Positions 22,922 to 32,000 of a DNA stretch of 32,000 nt are shown here, one piece after another; the first letter of the stretch is position 1; the number at the start of each line of letters is the position of its first letter. A program made the translations under genes and the position numbers. The notes beneath the pieces are model-generated. The model saw nothing but the letters and a program-made list of their open reading frames with translations, did no database searches and was not told the DNA's origin. The stretch lies in NCBI RefSeq assembly GCF_000017845.1, contig NC_010546.1:1110001-1142000 (forward strand). The letters are read 5' to 3'. The DNA comes from Crocosphaera subtropica ATCC 51142. Lineage in GTDB: Bacteria; Cyanobacteriota; Cyanobacteriia; Cyanobacteriales; Microcystaceae.

Positions 22922-24706
22922 TTAATTAGTTTCTAATAATTTTTCTGCTTCTGTGGGGGGTAAGGGACGATTAAAAAAGTAGCCTTGACCAAAATCACAG
23001 TGTAATTGTTGTAAATAAATGAGTTGTTCTTCGGTTTCAATCCCTTCTGCAACCACTGTCATTCCTAAGTTATGGGCTAAAGGAATAATGGATTGAATAA
23101 TCTCTAAATTTTCATCGGGTTGACCAATACAATTGACAAAAGAACGATCAATTTTCAAGGTATCCACAGGAAAGCGATGTAAATAACTCAAAGAAGAATA
23201 TCCTGTGCCAAAATCATCAAGACAAATTTCTAAATTGCGTTGTTTTAATTCTTTTAGTAATTTGATGGTTTCTAGGGAATGTTCAATTAAAGAGGTTTCC
23301 GTAATTTCTATTTTTAAATTATTAGAATTTAATCCTGTTTTTTCTAAAATTTCATCAATTTCCTCCACAAGATCAGGGTTGTTAAACTGTTGACTTGACA
23401 AATTGACCGCTACTTTTAAAACTGTGGTGTGAGGATGATTTTTTTTCCAAGTTTGTAGCTGATAACAAACCTTTTCTAAGACGATTTTACCAATGGGAAT
23501 AATTAACCCGGTATTTTCCGCAACGGGAATAAATTCCCCAGGAGAAATAAAGCCTTTATGGGGATGTTGCCAACGAATTAACGCTTCAAACCCGACCAAT
23601 GCGATCGGGTTCAATGTCATAATGGGTTGATAATAAACCTCAAATTCCTCTTTTTCGATGCCGTGACGTAAATCCGTTTCTAAGGTTAATAGTTTTAATG
23701 CTTGGGTGTGCATTTGTTGATTAAAAATTTCATATCTTCCCCGTCCTTTCTCTTTAGCTTGTCCCATGGCAATGTCAGCATCCCGTAAAATTTCTAGGGC
23801 AGATTGGTAGTTAGGAAGACTGATTGTTAAACCAATACTGGGACTGGTAAACACTTCTCGGTTTTGGATGAAAAATGAGGTCGTTAAGGTGTTTTTAATC
23901 TCTTGGGCGACTCTGAGGGCTTCATTAACATCCTCGATGGGATCGAGAAGAATGGCAAATTCATCCCCTCCCAAACGGGCAACGGTATCCGCTGGACTGA
24001 CTAAGGTTTCTAGGGTCCGACTCACCTCCATTAACAGGCGATCGCCCACCATATGACCATCGCTATCGTTGATCATTTTAAAGCGATCGAGATCAATAAC
24101 TAAAACGGCAAAGATATAATTACTCTCTTCGTGAACTCGTTTAAGGGCTAAATCAACTCGTTCTAAAAATAAGCGACGGTTGGCTAAATGGGTTAAACTA
24201 TCGTGACGGGCATAAAACAGGAGTTCGTCTTGGGCTTTTATTAAGGCTAGACTGCGTTCTTCAACTCGTTTTTCGAGTTCTTCGTTTAATTGTTGTAGTT
24301 GATAACGGGTTTGTCTGAAGGCTAAATGAAGGGATACCCTGGCCAGAACTTCTTGAAACTGAAAGGGTTTGATAATATAGTCCACGCCTCCTACTTCAAA
24401 AGCTTTTACCTTATCTTCTACATCTTGTAAGGCGCTGAGGAAGATCACAGGGATCTCAGTGGTTTCTGGGAACTGTTGGAGTTGTTCACAGACCTCATAA
24501 CCATCCATATCAGGCATTTTGATATCTAAAAGAATGATATCTGGAGGCATGGTTTTGGCTGCTGTTAGTGCCATATTTCCACTGGTAACCGCCCGTACTT
24601 TATACCCCGCTTTGACTAGCATGGTTGATAAAATGCGAAGATTAGAGGGTTTATCATCAACAATGAGGATATTCGCCAAAGGTTGCGAGGCATGGACTTT
24701 AATCAT
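22922..24706 (-). CDS. Response regulator with REC - GGDEF - EAL domains (c-di-GMP turnover)
   Basis: 594-aa ORF. REC: ILIVDD, LLDIKMPDMDG, KPF. GGDEF: RLGGDEFAILL. EAL: FEALIRW, plus DDFGTGYSSLSYL and QGYFF. Confidence 0.9.
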   Translation of the reverse strand: MIKVHASQPLANILIVDDKPSNLRILSTMLVKAGYKVRAVTSGNMALTAAKTMPPDIILLDIKMPDMDGYEVCEQLQQFPETTEIPVIFLSALQDVEDKVKAFEVGGVDYIIKPFQFQEVLARVSLHLAFRQTRYQLQQLNEELEKRVEERSLALIKAQDELLFYARHDSLTHLANRRLFLERVDLALKRVHEESNYIFAVLVIDLDRFKMINDSDGHMVGDRLLMEVSRTLETLVSPADTVARLGGDEFAILLDPIEDVNEALRVAQEIKNTLTTSFFIQNREVFTSPSIGLTISLPNYQSALEILRDADIAMGQAKEKGRGRYEIFNQQMHTQALKLLTLETDLRHGIEKEEFEVYYQPIMTLNPIALVGFEALIRWQHPHKGFISPGEFIPVAENTGLIIPIGKIVLEKVCYQLQTWKKNHPHTTVLKVAVNLSSQQFNNPDLVEEIDEILEKTGLNSNNLKIEITETSLIEHSLETIKLLKELKQRNLEICLDDFGTGYSSLSYLHRFPVDTLKIDRSFVNCIGQPDENLEIIQSIIPLAHNLGMTVVAEGIETEEQLIYLQQLHCDFGQGYFFNRPLPPTEAEKLLETN

Positions 24707-24769
24707 GAATAAAGATAATGTTTGCTATTACATTCTTGCAATAAGATAAGTTGAGTTGAAGAACGATGA

Positions 24770-27700
24770 TTACTGACTTATTTCCATTATCTGATCAAAC
24801 CTGTAGTTTGCTACTAATTCTCTGATGCCTTGACATAAATCTCTATAGTTAGGTGGCAATTCATTGAGAAGTTGCAATATGGATTCTTGATCGGCGGCGG
24901 CGGCTGTTTGATGGAGTTGATAACGCCAAGTTGAAGACAGGGTTTCTAAGTCAGTTTTTAGTTGTTTTAAATGGTTTCTTTGTATCTTTTCTTGAGAGAG
25001 AGTCGTCATTGAAGAACTACTATAAGTATAACGAACCCCTAAATGTTGGGCAAGTTTGTCCAAGATTGTTGACTCAGAAAAAGGTTTACTGACAAAATCA
25101 TCACAGCCAATGCTCAAAACTGCTTCGCGATTTTCAGCCAAAACACTAGCCGTTAAGGCAATAATTTTAGTGGTTTTGGTGGGGTTAAATTGTTTCATTT
25201 TAGTGCGAATGAGTTGAGTCGCTTCATAACCATCCATCACCGGCATTTCTAAATCCATCCAAATCAAATCAGGCTGCCAGGTTTCCCAGAGTTTGACTCC
25301 TTCTTCTCCATTTCTGGCTTCTTTAATCATAAATCCTAGAGGTTTTAAGAGATTTGTTAGGACTTTACGATTAGCGGAATTATCTTCAATAATTAAAAGG
25401 GAGTATGTGGGTTGATTTGGGGCTAAACCGAGAATTTTTTCTTGACTACAAATCTGACAATCGCTGTAGTTTTTGGGAATATTTACGGGTAAAGTAAAGT
25501 AAAAGATAGTTCCCCCCTTGATCGGACAACTGACTTGTAATGTACCTCCCATGAGATGGACAAATTCGTAGCTAATGGTTAATCCTAATCCTGTTCCCTC
25601 TTGAGTTTTTTGCCCTAATTTAGTTTGAAAAAAGGGCTGAAATAAACGGGGGGCTTCTTCAATATCAATTCCTGGACCGGTATCTTCAATTTCAAATCGT
25701 AAAGGGATTATTTGACTTGATTTTTCTTGCTGTTGTTGACTCTTTTTGATGCTTAAAATAACCTTTCCTTCTTCAGTAAATTTAATGGCATTATTCAATA
25801 AGTTGATTAATACTTGTCGTAATTTGCCTTCATCACCCATAATTAAACTGGGAACATCATTGCCAATATCCACCGTCAAATCAATATTTTTACATTGGGC
25901 TTTTAGTTTAAACATTCCACTCAAATTTTTAACCAACTGATGCAGATTTAAAGGTTGGTAATCAAGGTTAATTTCCCCGGCTTCAATTTTAGCCATATCT
26001 AAAACACTTTTAATCAGAGTCAATAAATGTTCTCCACTTTGGTTAATAATGTCAATGTATTCTTTTTGTTCTTCATCCAAATTCTCATCGTTATTCAACA
26101 GTTGACTAAATCCTAAAATGGCATTTAATGGGGTTCTGAGTTCATGACTCATATGAGCTAAAAAATCACTTTTAGCCCGATTAGCAGATTCGGCGGTATT
26201 TTTAGCCGTTTCTAATGCTTTTAATAATTCAGATTGTTGTATGGCTAATCCTAATTGATGAGCAATTTGATTGAGTAATTGGATTTCTGAAGACTGCCAA
26301 TGACGAGGATGAGAATTTTGATAACAGGCCAATAAACCCCACAATTGATGATGAACAAAAATAGGCACAATCATATACGCTTTTGCCTGAAATTGTTCTA
26401 ATAAGTCAAGATGACATTGTTGATGACCAACCGTATAAATATCATCCACCATAAAACTTTGATTGTATTGATATCTTCCGCCTTTGGTTTGTTGTAAATA
26501 AGTATCTTCCCAGACTTTTTTGACCTGACTATTGACTAATTTTACCCATTGATTGTCCACCGATTCAGCAATGAATTCCCCACTCCAATCGGCATTAAAT
26601 TGATAAATTGCCACACGATCGCTTTCTAAAATTCTTCTCGTTTCCTCGGTTGTATGATTTAAAATAATTTCGAGATCAAGACTTTGATGGATTTGTTGGG
26701 TAATATCATTTAACGTTTGAGATTGTTGTAAATTTCGAGCCAGTTCTTGTTCAATACGTCTTTGTTCGGTAATATCTCTGCCGACTCCTTGAATTTCGAT
26801 GATATTGCCATCTTCGTCAAAAAGACCCCGATTAATCCAATATTGCCAACGGGTTTCTCCTTGACCATTAATGATAGGATGTTGATGCGTGATAACTGGA
26901 TTTTGGATACTGAGACAACTCAAATTGTCCCATAAAAACCCTTGATATTCTTGAGGCGTTAAGGAGAAAAAAGTAGTATTAAGAATGTCGGCTTGGGTTT
27001 TTCCAAAATAACGACAATAGGCTTCATTGACAAAGGTTATGGTTCCATCGGGTAAAAAACGACAGATTAATTCTGTTTGATCCTCAACAATTGCCCGATA
27101 TTGGGCTTCACTTTCTTTTAAAGCCATTTGGGTTTGTTGTAAACGAGACATCGATCGCAAAATCAAGACTCGCCAAATAATAACCATAAGAATCATCAAT
27201 AACACCAACACCCCTGACCCTGTTAACATCCAAGGAGAAACAGTGATCACAGGAGTCGGTTCGTACCAACGTCGATAAATTTGGGTATACTCTGAGGAGT
27301 TGAGAAAATGATCGAGGGCAACATCTAACCGTTGCAGTAGTTGAGGATGATGGCGATGAACAGCGATCGCCCGTGGAACTTCCTTTAAAGCCGGTTTGAT
27401 AGTTTTGAGACGATAATCAACGGAAATGGTTTGGGCTAAATGTTTGATGGGGGGTTCAGGATAGGCTAAGCCATCCACGTCACCAGATAATAAATGGAAT
27501 AAAGCGTGTTCAGGGGATTCCAAAGACTCAAGCTTGACGTTGTGATACTGTTTTAACAGGTTAATGGCTTCATTTCTCTCAATCACCGCAATGGTCGATC
27601 CGGATAAATCATCCAGAGTCTTAATCTTCTGATTGTCCCGTAGCACAAACAGACAAATGTTAATGGTTTCGATAGGATCAGTGTAACGAAAGATTTCAGA

Positions 27701-28024
27701 ACGAGTGGTAGTCACCCCCATATTAGGAACCAGATCCACTTCTCCCTTTTCTAAGGCTTGGAGAGTTTCACTCCAATTCTCTTTAATTTCATACTTAACT
27801 TGTAGATTAGCCCGTTTTGCGACTGCTTCGATGACATCAATAGCAAACCCTTGGGGGTTCCCCTGACTATCTACTGAATAGGTGGGAGGAAAATAACGGG
27901 GAACGCCTGCGGTTACAGTGAGGGGAGGAGGAGTCGGTTGAGAAAAAGTAGGTCTAATTCCATTGGGCAGAACATAAAACCCAATGATTATGGTCATTCC
28001 TATAATAAAACGATGATATCTCAC
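24770..28024 (-). CDS. Hybrid sensor histidine kinase: periplasmic solute-binding (family 3) domain - TM - PAS - GAF - HisKA/HATPase - REC - C-terminal helical domain
   Basis: 1084-aa ORF starting at GTG 28024, with an alternative ATG at 27997. An N-terminal TM helix is followed by an SBP_bac_3-like region, then a second TM helix (LTGSGVLVLLMILMVIIW). PAS: EAQYRAIVEDQTELICRF...GVGRDITEQ. A GAF region follows. The H-box is HMSHELRTPLNAILGF. ATPase motifs: N-box LINLLNNAIKF, G-boxes DTGPGI and GTGLGL. REC: LLIIEDN, IWMDLEMPVMDG. Confidence 0.88.
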   Translation of the reverse strand: MRYHRFIIGMTIIIGFYVLPNGIRPTFSQPTPPPLTVTAGVPRYFPPTYSVDSQGNPQGFAIDVIEAVAKRANLQVKYEIKENWSETLQALEKGEVDLVPNMGVTTTRSEIFRYTDPIETINICLFVLRDNQKIKTLDDLSGSTIAVIERNEAINLLKQYHNVKLESLESPEHALFHLLSGDVDGLAYPEPPIKHLAQTISVDYRLKTIKPALKEVPRAIAVHRHHPQLLQRLDVALDHFLNSSEYTQIYRRWYEPTPVITVSPWMLTGSGVLVLLMILMVIIWRVLILRSMSRLQQTQMALKESEAQYRAIVEDQTELICRFLPDGTITFVNEAYCRYFGKTQADILNTTFFSLTPQEYQGFLWDNLSCLSIQNPVITHQHPIINGQGETRWQYWINRGLFDEDGNIIEIQGVGRDITEQRRIEQELARNLQQSQTLNDITQQIHQSLDLEIILNHTTEETRRILESDRVAIYQFNADWSGEFIAESVDNQWVKLVNSQVKKVWEDTYLQQTKGGRYQYNQSFMVDDIYTVGHQQCHLDLLEQFQAKAYMIVPIFVHHQLWGLLACYQNSHPRHWQSSEIQLLNQIAHQLGLAIQQSELLKALETAKNTAESANRAKSDFLAHMSHELRTPLNAILGFSQLLNNDENLDEEQKEYIDIINQSGEHLLTLIKSVLDMAKIEAGEINLDYQPLNLHQLVKNLSGMFKLKAQCKNIDLTVDIGNDVPSLIMGDEGKLRQVLINLLNNAIKFTEEGKVILSIKKSQQQQEKSSQIIPLRFEIEDTGPGIDIEEAPRLFQPFFQTKLGQKTQEGTGLGLTISYEFVHLMGGTLQVSCPIKGGTIFYFTLPVNIPKNYSDCQICSQEKILGLAPNQPTYSLLIIEDNSANRKVLTNLLKPLGFMIKEARNGEEGVKLWETWQPDLIWMDLEMPVMDGYEATQLIRTKMKQFNPTKTTKIIALTASVLAENREAVLSIGCDDFVSKPFSESTILDKLAQHLGVRYTYSSSSMTTLSQEKIQRNHLKQLKTDLETLSSTWRYQLHQTAAAADQESILQLLNELPPNYRDLCQGIRELVANYRFDQIMEISQ

Positions 28025-28169
28025 CTTTTTTCCATTGCGATCACCTTAGACTTTCTCATTGTTTCATAACTCCGATAGTTTGTCTGTGATTTTATCCTTA
28101 AAAATAGGTCTGATTCCCTCGAATAATCGGAGGAAAGACTACAATAAAGTAGCATGATTGTAAAAAGTT

Positions 28170-29111
28170 ATGAATCCCAAAAAAGACACCCTCATCACGG
28201 TTCTTTCTCTTGTCCTCACCCTTGCTATTTTAGGAGTCGGCTATGGGTTATTTGCCCGACAAAGCAAAGATAACCCTAATAATTTTATGTCTTCTCCTAC
28301 GTCTAAAAATCAACCCTTGAGTTCTAATACTACGTTACCCTCTCCTCCATCTCCCTCTTCGGTTACTGCGTTTAGTCCCCCGACGACAGTTCCCCAAGGA
28401 ACAACAGTGAAAATTGATGGGTCAACCAGTCTGGTATTCGTCAATCAAGCCCTAAAAAATCGCTTTGAACAGCAGTTTCCTGGGGTTCAGGTGCAAACCA
28501 ATGCTCAAGGGTCAAGTAATGGCATTGACGGGTTATTAGAGAATAGAATTAATATTGCTGCGATTTCTCGTCCCCTAACGGCCGACGAACAAGCAAAAGG
28601 GTTAGTAGCCATCCCTATCAGCAAAGATGCGATCGCTGTTGTCGTCGGGGTTGATAACAATTTTCGTAAGAGTCTTACTTCAACGCAAGTTAAAGACATT
28701 TTCCAAGGCAAGATTCAAAACTGGTCAGAGGTGGGGGGATCATCAGAGGAAATAAGAGTGATTAATCGCCCTTCTGTGAGTGGAACGAGGGAGATTTTTG
28801 CAGAATTAGCCCTAAATTCAGAAAATTTCGGCAATACCTCCAATATTACCACTATGGATCGGGATGCAACCACGCCGATTTTACAGCAGTTAGGAAGCAA
28901 CGGCATTAGTTACGCTACCTATACACAAGTGGCTGATCAACAAACAGTACGGACAGTTCCTATTGATGGGTTAACTCCCGAAGCGACTAATTATCCTTAC
29001 ACAAGAACGTTATATTATGCTTATAAAAATCCCCCTTCTGAAGCAGTGAAAGCCTTTTTAGGGTATGCAACTTCTCCCACTGGACAACAAATCATACAAG
29101 ATGCTCAATAA
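28170..29111 (+). CDS. PstS-family (PBP-like) phosphate/anion-binding periplasmic protein, membrane-anchored, not next to a transporter
   Basis: 313-aa ORF. It has an N-terminal TM helix and a Ser/Pro-rich linker. Next comes DGSTSLVFVNQALKNRFEQQFPGVQVQTNAQGSSNGI...IAAISRPL...SGTREIF, typical of PstS-like binding proteins. No pstCAB genes are adjacent. Confidence 0.7.
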   Translation: MNPKKDTLITVLSLVLTLAILGVGYGLFARQSKDNPNNFMSSPTSKNQPLSSNTTLPSPPSPSSVTAFSPPTTVPQGTTVKIDGSTSLVFVNQALKNRFEQQFPGVQVQTNAQGSSNGIDGLLENRINIAAISRPLTADEQAKGLVAIPISKDAIAVVVGVDNNFRKSLTSTQVKDIFQGKIQNWSEVGGSSEEIRVINRPSVSGTREIFAELALNSENFGNTSNITTMDRDATTPILQQLGSNGISYATYTQVADQQTVRTVPIDGLTPEATNYPYTRTLYYAYKNPPSEAVKAFLGYATSPTGQQIIQDAQ

Positions 29112-29125
29112 TGAATAATGAATAA

Positions 29126-29539
29126 TTATTTTCTTAGTAAAGCTGTAAATCCTTCTTGTTTAAAATGCTTATCAAAGGTTAATATTTCAACTATTTCTAA
29201 TTGTTTCATTATTTCCATTGAAGCACAATCCGTTAAACTATATCCTTTATCTAATCGCCTTTGATAAAAGTCAAATGCCTGTTCAAATTGTTCGCTAGTT
29301 TAAGAAATAATGAGGGTGTTACTATCATTGCGTAAATCACGAGTTAAGCGAATAGCTGATTGACGCAAAAATTGTCCTCGACTGCATAAAGCATTGAGTA
29401 ATTCTGTCAAAACCATTTCGCTAGTAACACCTCTAAAGTTACCTAGTTTTGCTGTTATAGTGACAGCAAACTGATGAGCATTATCTTGGGGATCTGCTAA
29501 AGCTTGTAAGTAAAATGTATCTAAAAAAATTTGTCTCAT
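29126..29539 (-). pseudogene. PIN-domain (VapC-like) toxin gene interrupted by one in-frame TAA
   Basis: The 79-aa ORF (MRQIFLDTFYLQALADP...) ends at a TAA at 29300-29302. The same frame then continues for 57 more codons (TSEQFEQAFDFYQRRLDKGYSLTDCASMEIMKQLEIVEILTFDKHFKQEGFTALLRK) to a TAA at 29126-29128. Together the two parts give a full-length PIN domain of about 137 aa. Confidence 0.65.
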
Positions 29540-29778
29540 TCTTCCTCATCTTCCCTCGGTGCGCCATACATATAATGTTCAGCATTACGGGCAAAATCTC
29601 TCGGAAGCTGTTTATCCCATTCTGATGCAGGGACAACTTTACCAATTTCTACAATTCACTGCCAAAAGGGTTTCTTTTGAAATTCGGGATCATTTTCGAG
29701 AGCATCCCATTTCGCATTGAGTTCTTCTATGGATAGCTCGTTACTATCAGCATGAGAATGATCATTTAAGCTAGTCAT
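29536..29778 (-). pseudogene. Cognate small antitoxin-like gene interrupted by one in-frame TGA
   Basis: From ATG 29778 it reads MTSLNDHSHADSNELSIEELNAKWDALENDPEFQKKPFWQ, then TGA at 29656-29658. The same frame continues with IVEIGKVVPASEWDKQLPRDFARNAEHYMYGAPREDEEE. The terminal TGA overlaps the toxin ATG (ATGA at 29536-29539). Confidence 0.55.
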
Positions 29779-29899
29779 AATTAGGTTTGGATTTTGTAAT
29801 TAATATTATGAATGAATTCTAACAAAAATAATAGGAGTAAATTAGCTATAATTAAAGAACATTCAAGCTAAATATGTAAAAATCATAACCTTATTGTCT

Positions 29900-31522
29900 A
29901 TGGCTAATGAAATAGAAAGAGAAATACAAGAAGCAGTTCAAAAACGACGCAACTTTGCTATCATCTCCCACCCCGACGCAGGAAAAACCACCCTCACTGA
30001 AAAATTGTTACTTTATGGAGGAGCGATCCATCAAGCCGGTGCCGTCAAAGCTAGACGAGATCAGCGTAAGGCAACTTCTGACTGGATGGAAATGGAAAAA
30101 CAAAGGGGTATCTCTATCACCTCGACGGTACTTCAATTTGAGTATCGCGACTTCCAAATTAACCTATTAGATACCCCCGGACACCAAGACTTTAGTGAAG
30201 ATACCTATCGCACCCTTGCAGCAGCCGATAATGCTGTCATGTTGATCGATGCAGCGAAAGGTTTAGAACCCCAAACTCGTAAACTATTTGAGGTGTGTCG
30301 TCTCAGGGGACTTCCTATTTTTACCTTCGTCAATAAAATGGATCGTCCCGGACGAGAACCCTTAGAATTGTTAGATGAGATTGAGCAAGAGTTAGGACTG
30401 AAAACCTATGCGGTTAACTGGCCCATTGGAATGGGCGATCGCTTTAAAGGGGTTTACAGTCGTCGTCAAAAGGCGATACACCTGTTTGAACGTCGCTCTC
30501 ACGGCTCCCAACAGGCTCAAGAAGACATTATTAAGCTTGGTGACCCCAAAATTGAAGAATATCTCGAACAAGAGCTTTATTATCAATTTAAAGAGGACTT
30601 AGAAATTCTCGAAGAGTTAGGGGATGATCTCGACTTAGCTGAAGTCCACGCCGGGAAAATGACCCCCATCTTTTTCGGTTCAGCCATGACCAACTTCGGG
30701 GTGCAACTGTTCTTAGAAGCATTCCTAGAATATGCCCTGAAACCAGAAGGCCGTAACTCATCCGTTGGAGTGGTTGAACCAACTCACCCTGAGTTTAGTG
30801 GCTTTGTCTTCAAATTACAAGCCAATATGGACCCGAAACACCGCGATCGGGTAGCTTTTGTCCGGGTATGTACGGGTAAGTTTGAGAAGGATATGACCGT
30901 CAGTCACGCCAGAACCGGCAAAACCGTCCGTTTATCCCGTCCTCAAAAGCTTTTTGCTCAAGATCGCGCTTCCATTGAAGAAGCGTATGGGGGTGATGTT
31001 ATTGGGTTGAATAACCCTGGTGTATTTGCGATCGGTGACACCATTTACAACGGTAAAAAGTTGGAATATGAGGGAATTCCTTGTTTTTCTCCTGAAATGT
31101 TTTCTTACCTGAAAAACCCAAACCCCTCAAAATTTAAGCAGTTTCAAAAGGGAATAAAAGAGTTGAGAGAAGAAGGTGCAATACAAATTATGTATTCTAC
31201 CGATGACTTCAAACGGGACCCTATTTTAGCTGCGGTGGGCCAATTACAATTTGAAGTGGTACAGTTTCGGATGTTAAGCGAATATGGCGTAGAAACCAGC
31301 TTAGAACCCTTACCCTATAGTTTAGCTCGTTGGGTAAAAGGTGGCTGGAGTGCTTTAGAAAAAGCGGGGCGTATTTTTAACACCATTACCGTAAAAGATA
31401 ACTGGGGTCGTCCCGTTTTGCTATTTAAAAATGAATGGGGTTTACAACAGGTGAAAGTGGATCATCCAGAGTTGAACTTAGATGCGATCGCTCCAGTTGG
31501 TGTGGGTATGGAACCCGAATAA
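29900..31522 (+). CDS. prfC: Peptide chain release factor 3 (GTPase)
   Basis: The ORF track starts at TTG 29894. ATG 29900 is preferred. Motifs: [22 protein letters not shown] (G1), DTPGHQDF (G3), NKMD (G4). Length and C-terminal domains are typical of RF3. Confidence 0.92.
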
Positions 31523-31528
31523 TTGTAG

Positions 31529-31545
31529 GGTGGGCATTGCCCACC
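31529..31545. terminator. GC-rich hairpin GGTGGG-CATTG-CCCACC between convergent genes (terminator-like, no clear U-tract)
   Basis: Direct reading of the sequence. It lies 7 nt after the prfC stop and 25 nt from the stop of the convergent 31570-31971 gene. No T-run follows on either strand, so function is uncertain. Confidence 0.4.
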
Positions 31546-31569
31546 TTATCATAAAAACTGGTGAATAAC

Positions 31570-31971
31570 TCAGTTTCCCCATAAAACTTTTATTAAAATA
31601 TTAAGTGTAATGCAAATTAAAGATAAAGCAATCAACCAGACAGCTATATTAAGCTTTCTTCCTTTTTCAAAGCCTAGTTTCTCATATTCTTCCTCAGCCT
31701 GAACCCAACCACTAATTATATAGTCTGAAATATCATTTTTATCAGCAAAATACCATCGATCTTTCATCAATGCTTTTGGAGAAATAACAGTACCGCTTAA
31801 TTTTGTTGTTAATCCAAGACATAATATTAAAGCTGAACTTCCTAAAGCTATATATGTTATTATTTGTAATAGTAGACAAGAGTAACAAGCAAAATCTTCA
31901 ATAGTTACTTTTTCTGATAAGTCACTAGCAAATCTGACTAAAACTCCAGTAAATGCCAAAAAAACACTCAT
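31570..31971 (-). CDS. Hypothetical integral membrane protein (3-4 TM segments)
   Basis: 133-aa ORF with an ATG start. Several hydrophobic segments are present (VFLAFTGVLV, CLLLQIITYIALGSSALILCLGL, IAVWLIALSLICITLNILI). No family was recognised. Confidence 0.5.
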   Translation of the reverse strand: MSVFLAFTGVLVRFASDLSEKVTIEDFACYSCLLLQIITYIALGSSALILCLGLTTKLSGTVISPKALMKDRWYFADKNDISDYIISGWVQAEEEYEKLGFEKGRKLNIAVWLIALSLICITLNILIKVLWGN

Positions 31972-32000
31972 TTTTGTATCTAATCTGTTTAAACTTTCTC

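Noticed and set aside
29656-29658. In-frame TGA in the antitoxin-like gene as a possible selenocysteine codon, since the window encodes the selenouridine synthase MnmH
   Set aside because: No SECIS-like hairpin is evident downstream. The family is not a known selenoprotein. The partner toxin gene carries a TAA nonsense codon, so pseudogenisation is the simpler explanation.
584-30782. Numerous 60-113-aa ORFs nested in or antisense to long genes. They start at 584, 1062, 1404, 2486, 7658, 10745, 13175, 14609, 14727, 16936, 17063, 20285, 20352, 22263, 22638, 23205, 23868, 24519, 25746, 26747, 28505, 28715, 29955, 30392, 30408 and 30588.
   Set aside because: Each overlaps a much longer ORF with clear family motifs. 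Their products are low-complexity with no recognisable domains. They are classic shadow ORFs.

Overview
Cyanobacterial chromosomal segment. The evidence is low overall GC, at least 16 copies of the HIP1 octamer GCGATCGC found by eye, heptamer tandem repeats, and cyanobacteria-typical gene families. The lineage looks like a unicellular Cyanothece/Crocosphaera type, but that guess cannot be verified here. Housekeeping genes (pyrD, ychF, prfC, mnmH/selU, an Aas-like acyl-activating enzyme, an aminotransferase) are interleaved with accessory modules. These are ExbB/ExbD; a bacterial serpin preceded by a roughly 300-nt GC-rich structured island; a PEP-CTERM secreted protein; a HigB toxin with a HigA-HTH/ImmA-peptidase fusion; a zinc-ribbon Ser/Thr kinase with about 14 WD40 repeats; a hybrid histidine kinase with a REC-GGDEF-EAL regulator; and decayed toxin-antitoxin remnants (a VapBC-like pair and an MNT fragment). 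The strongest candidate for an uncharacterised system is a co-directional module at 7968-10916, possibly starting at 7695. It pairs a 102-aa trypsin-co-occurring-domain-2-like (trypco2) protein with an 857-aa protein. The large protein fuses an N-terminal trypsin-like serine protease with an intact catalytic triad, a NACHT (STAND) NTPase, and about 8 transmembrane helices inserted before the last conserved NACHT-module segment. This is an NLR-like architecture with a protease effector and a membrane-embedded sensor. No rRNA, tRNA, CRISPR array or intact transposase was recognised. All homology calls rest on motif recognition by eye, not on searches.
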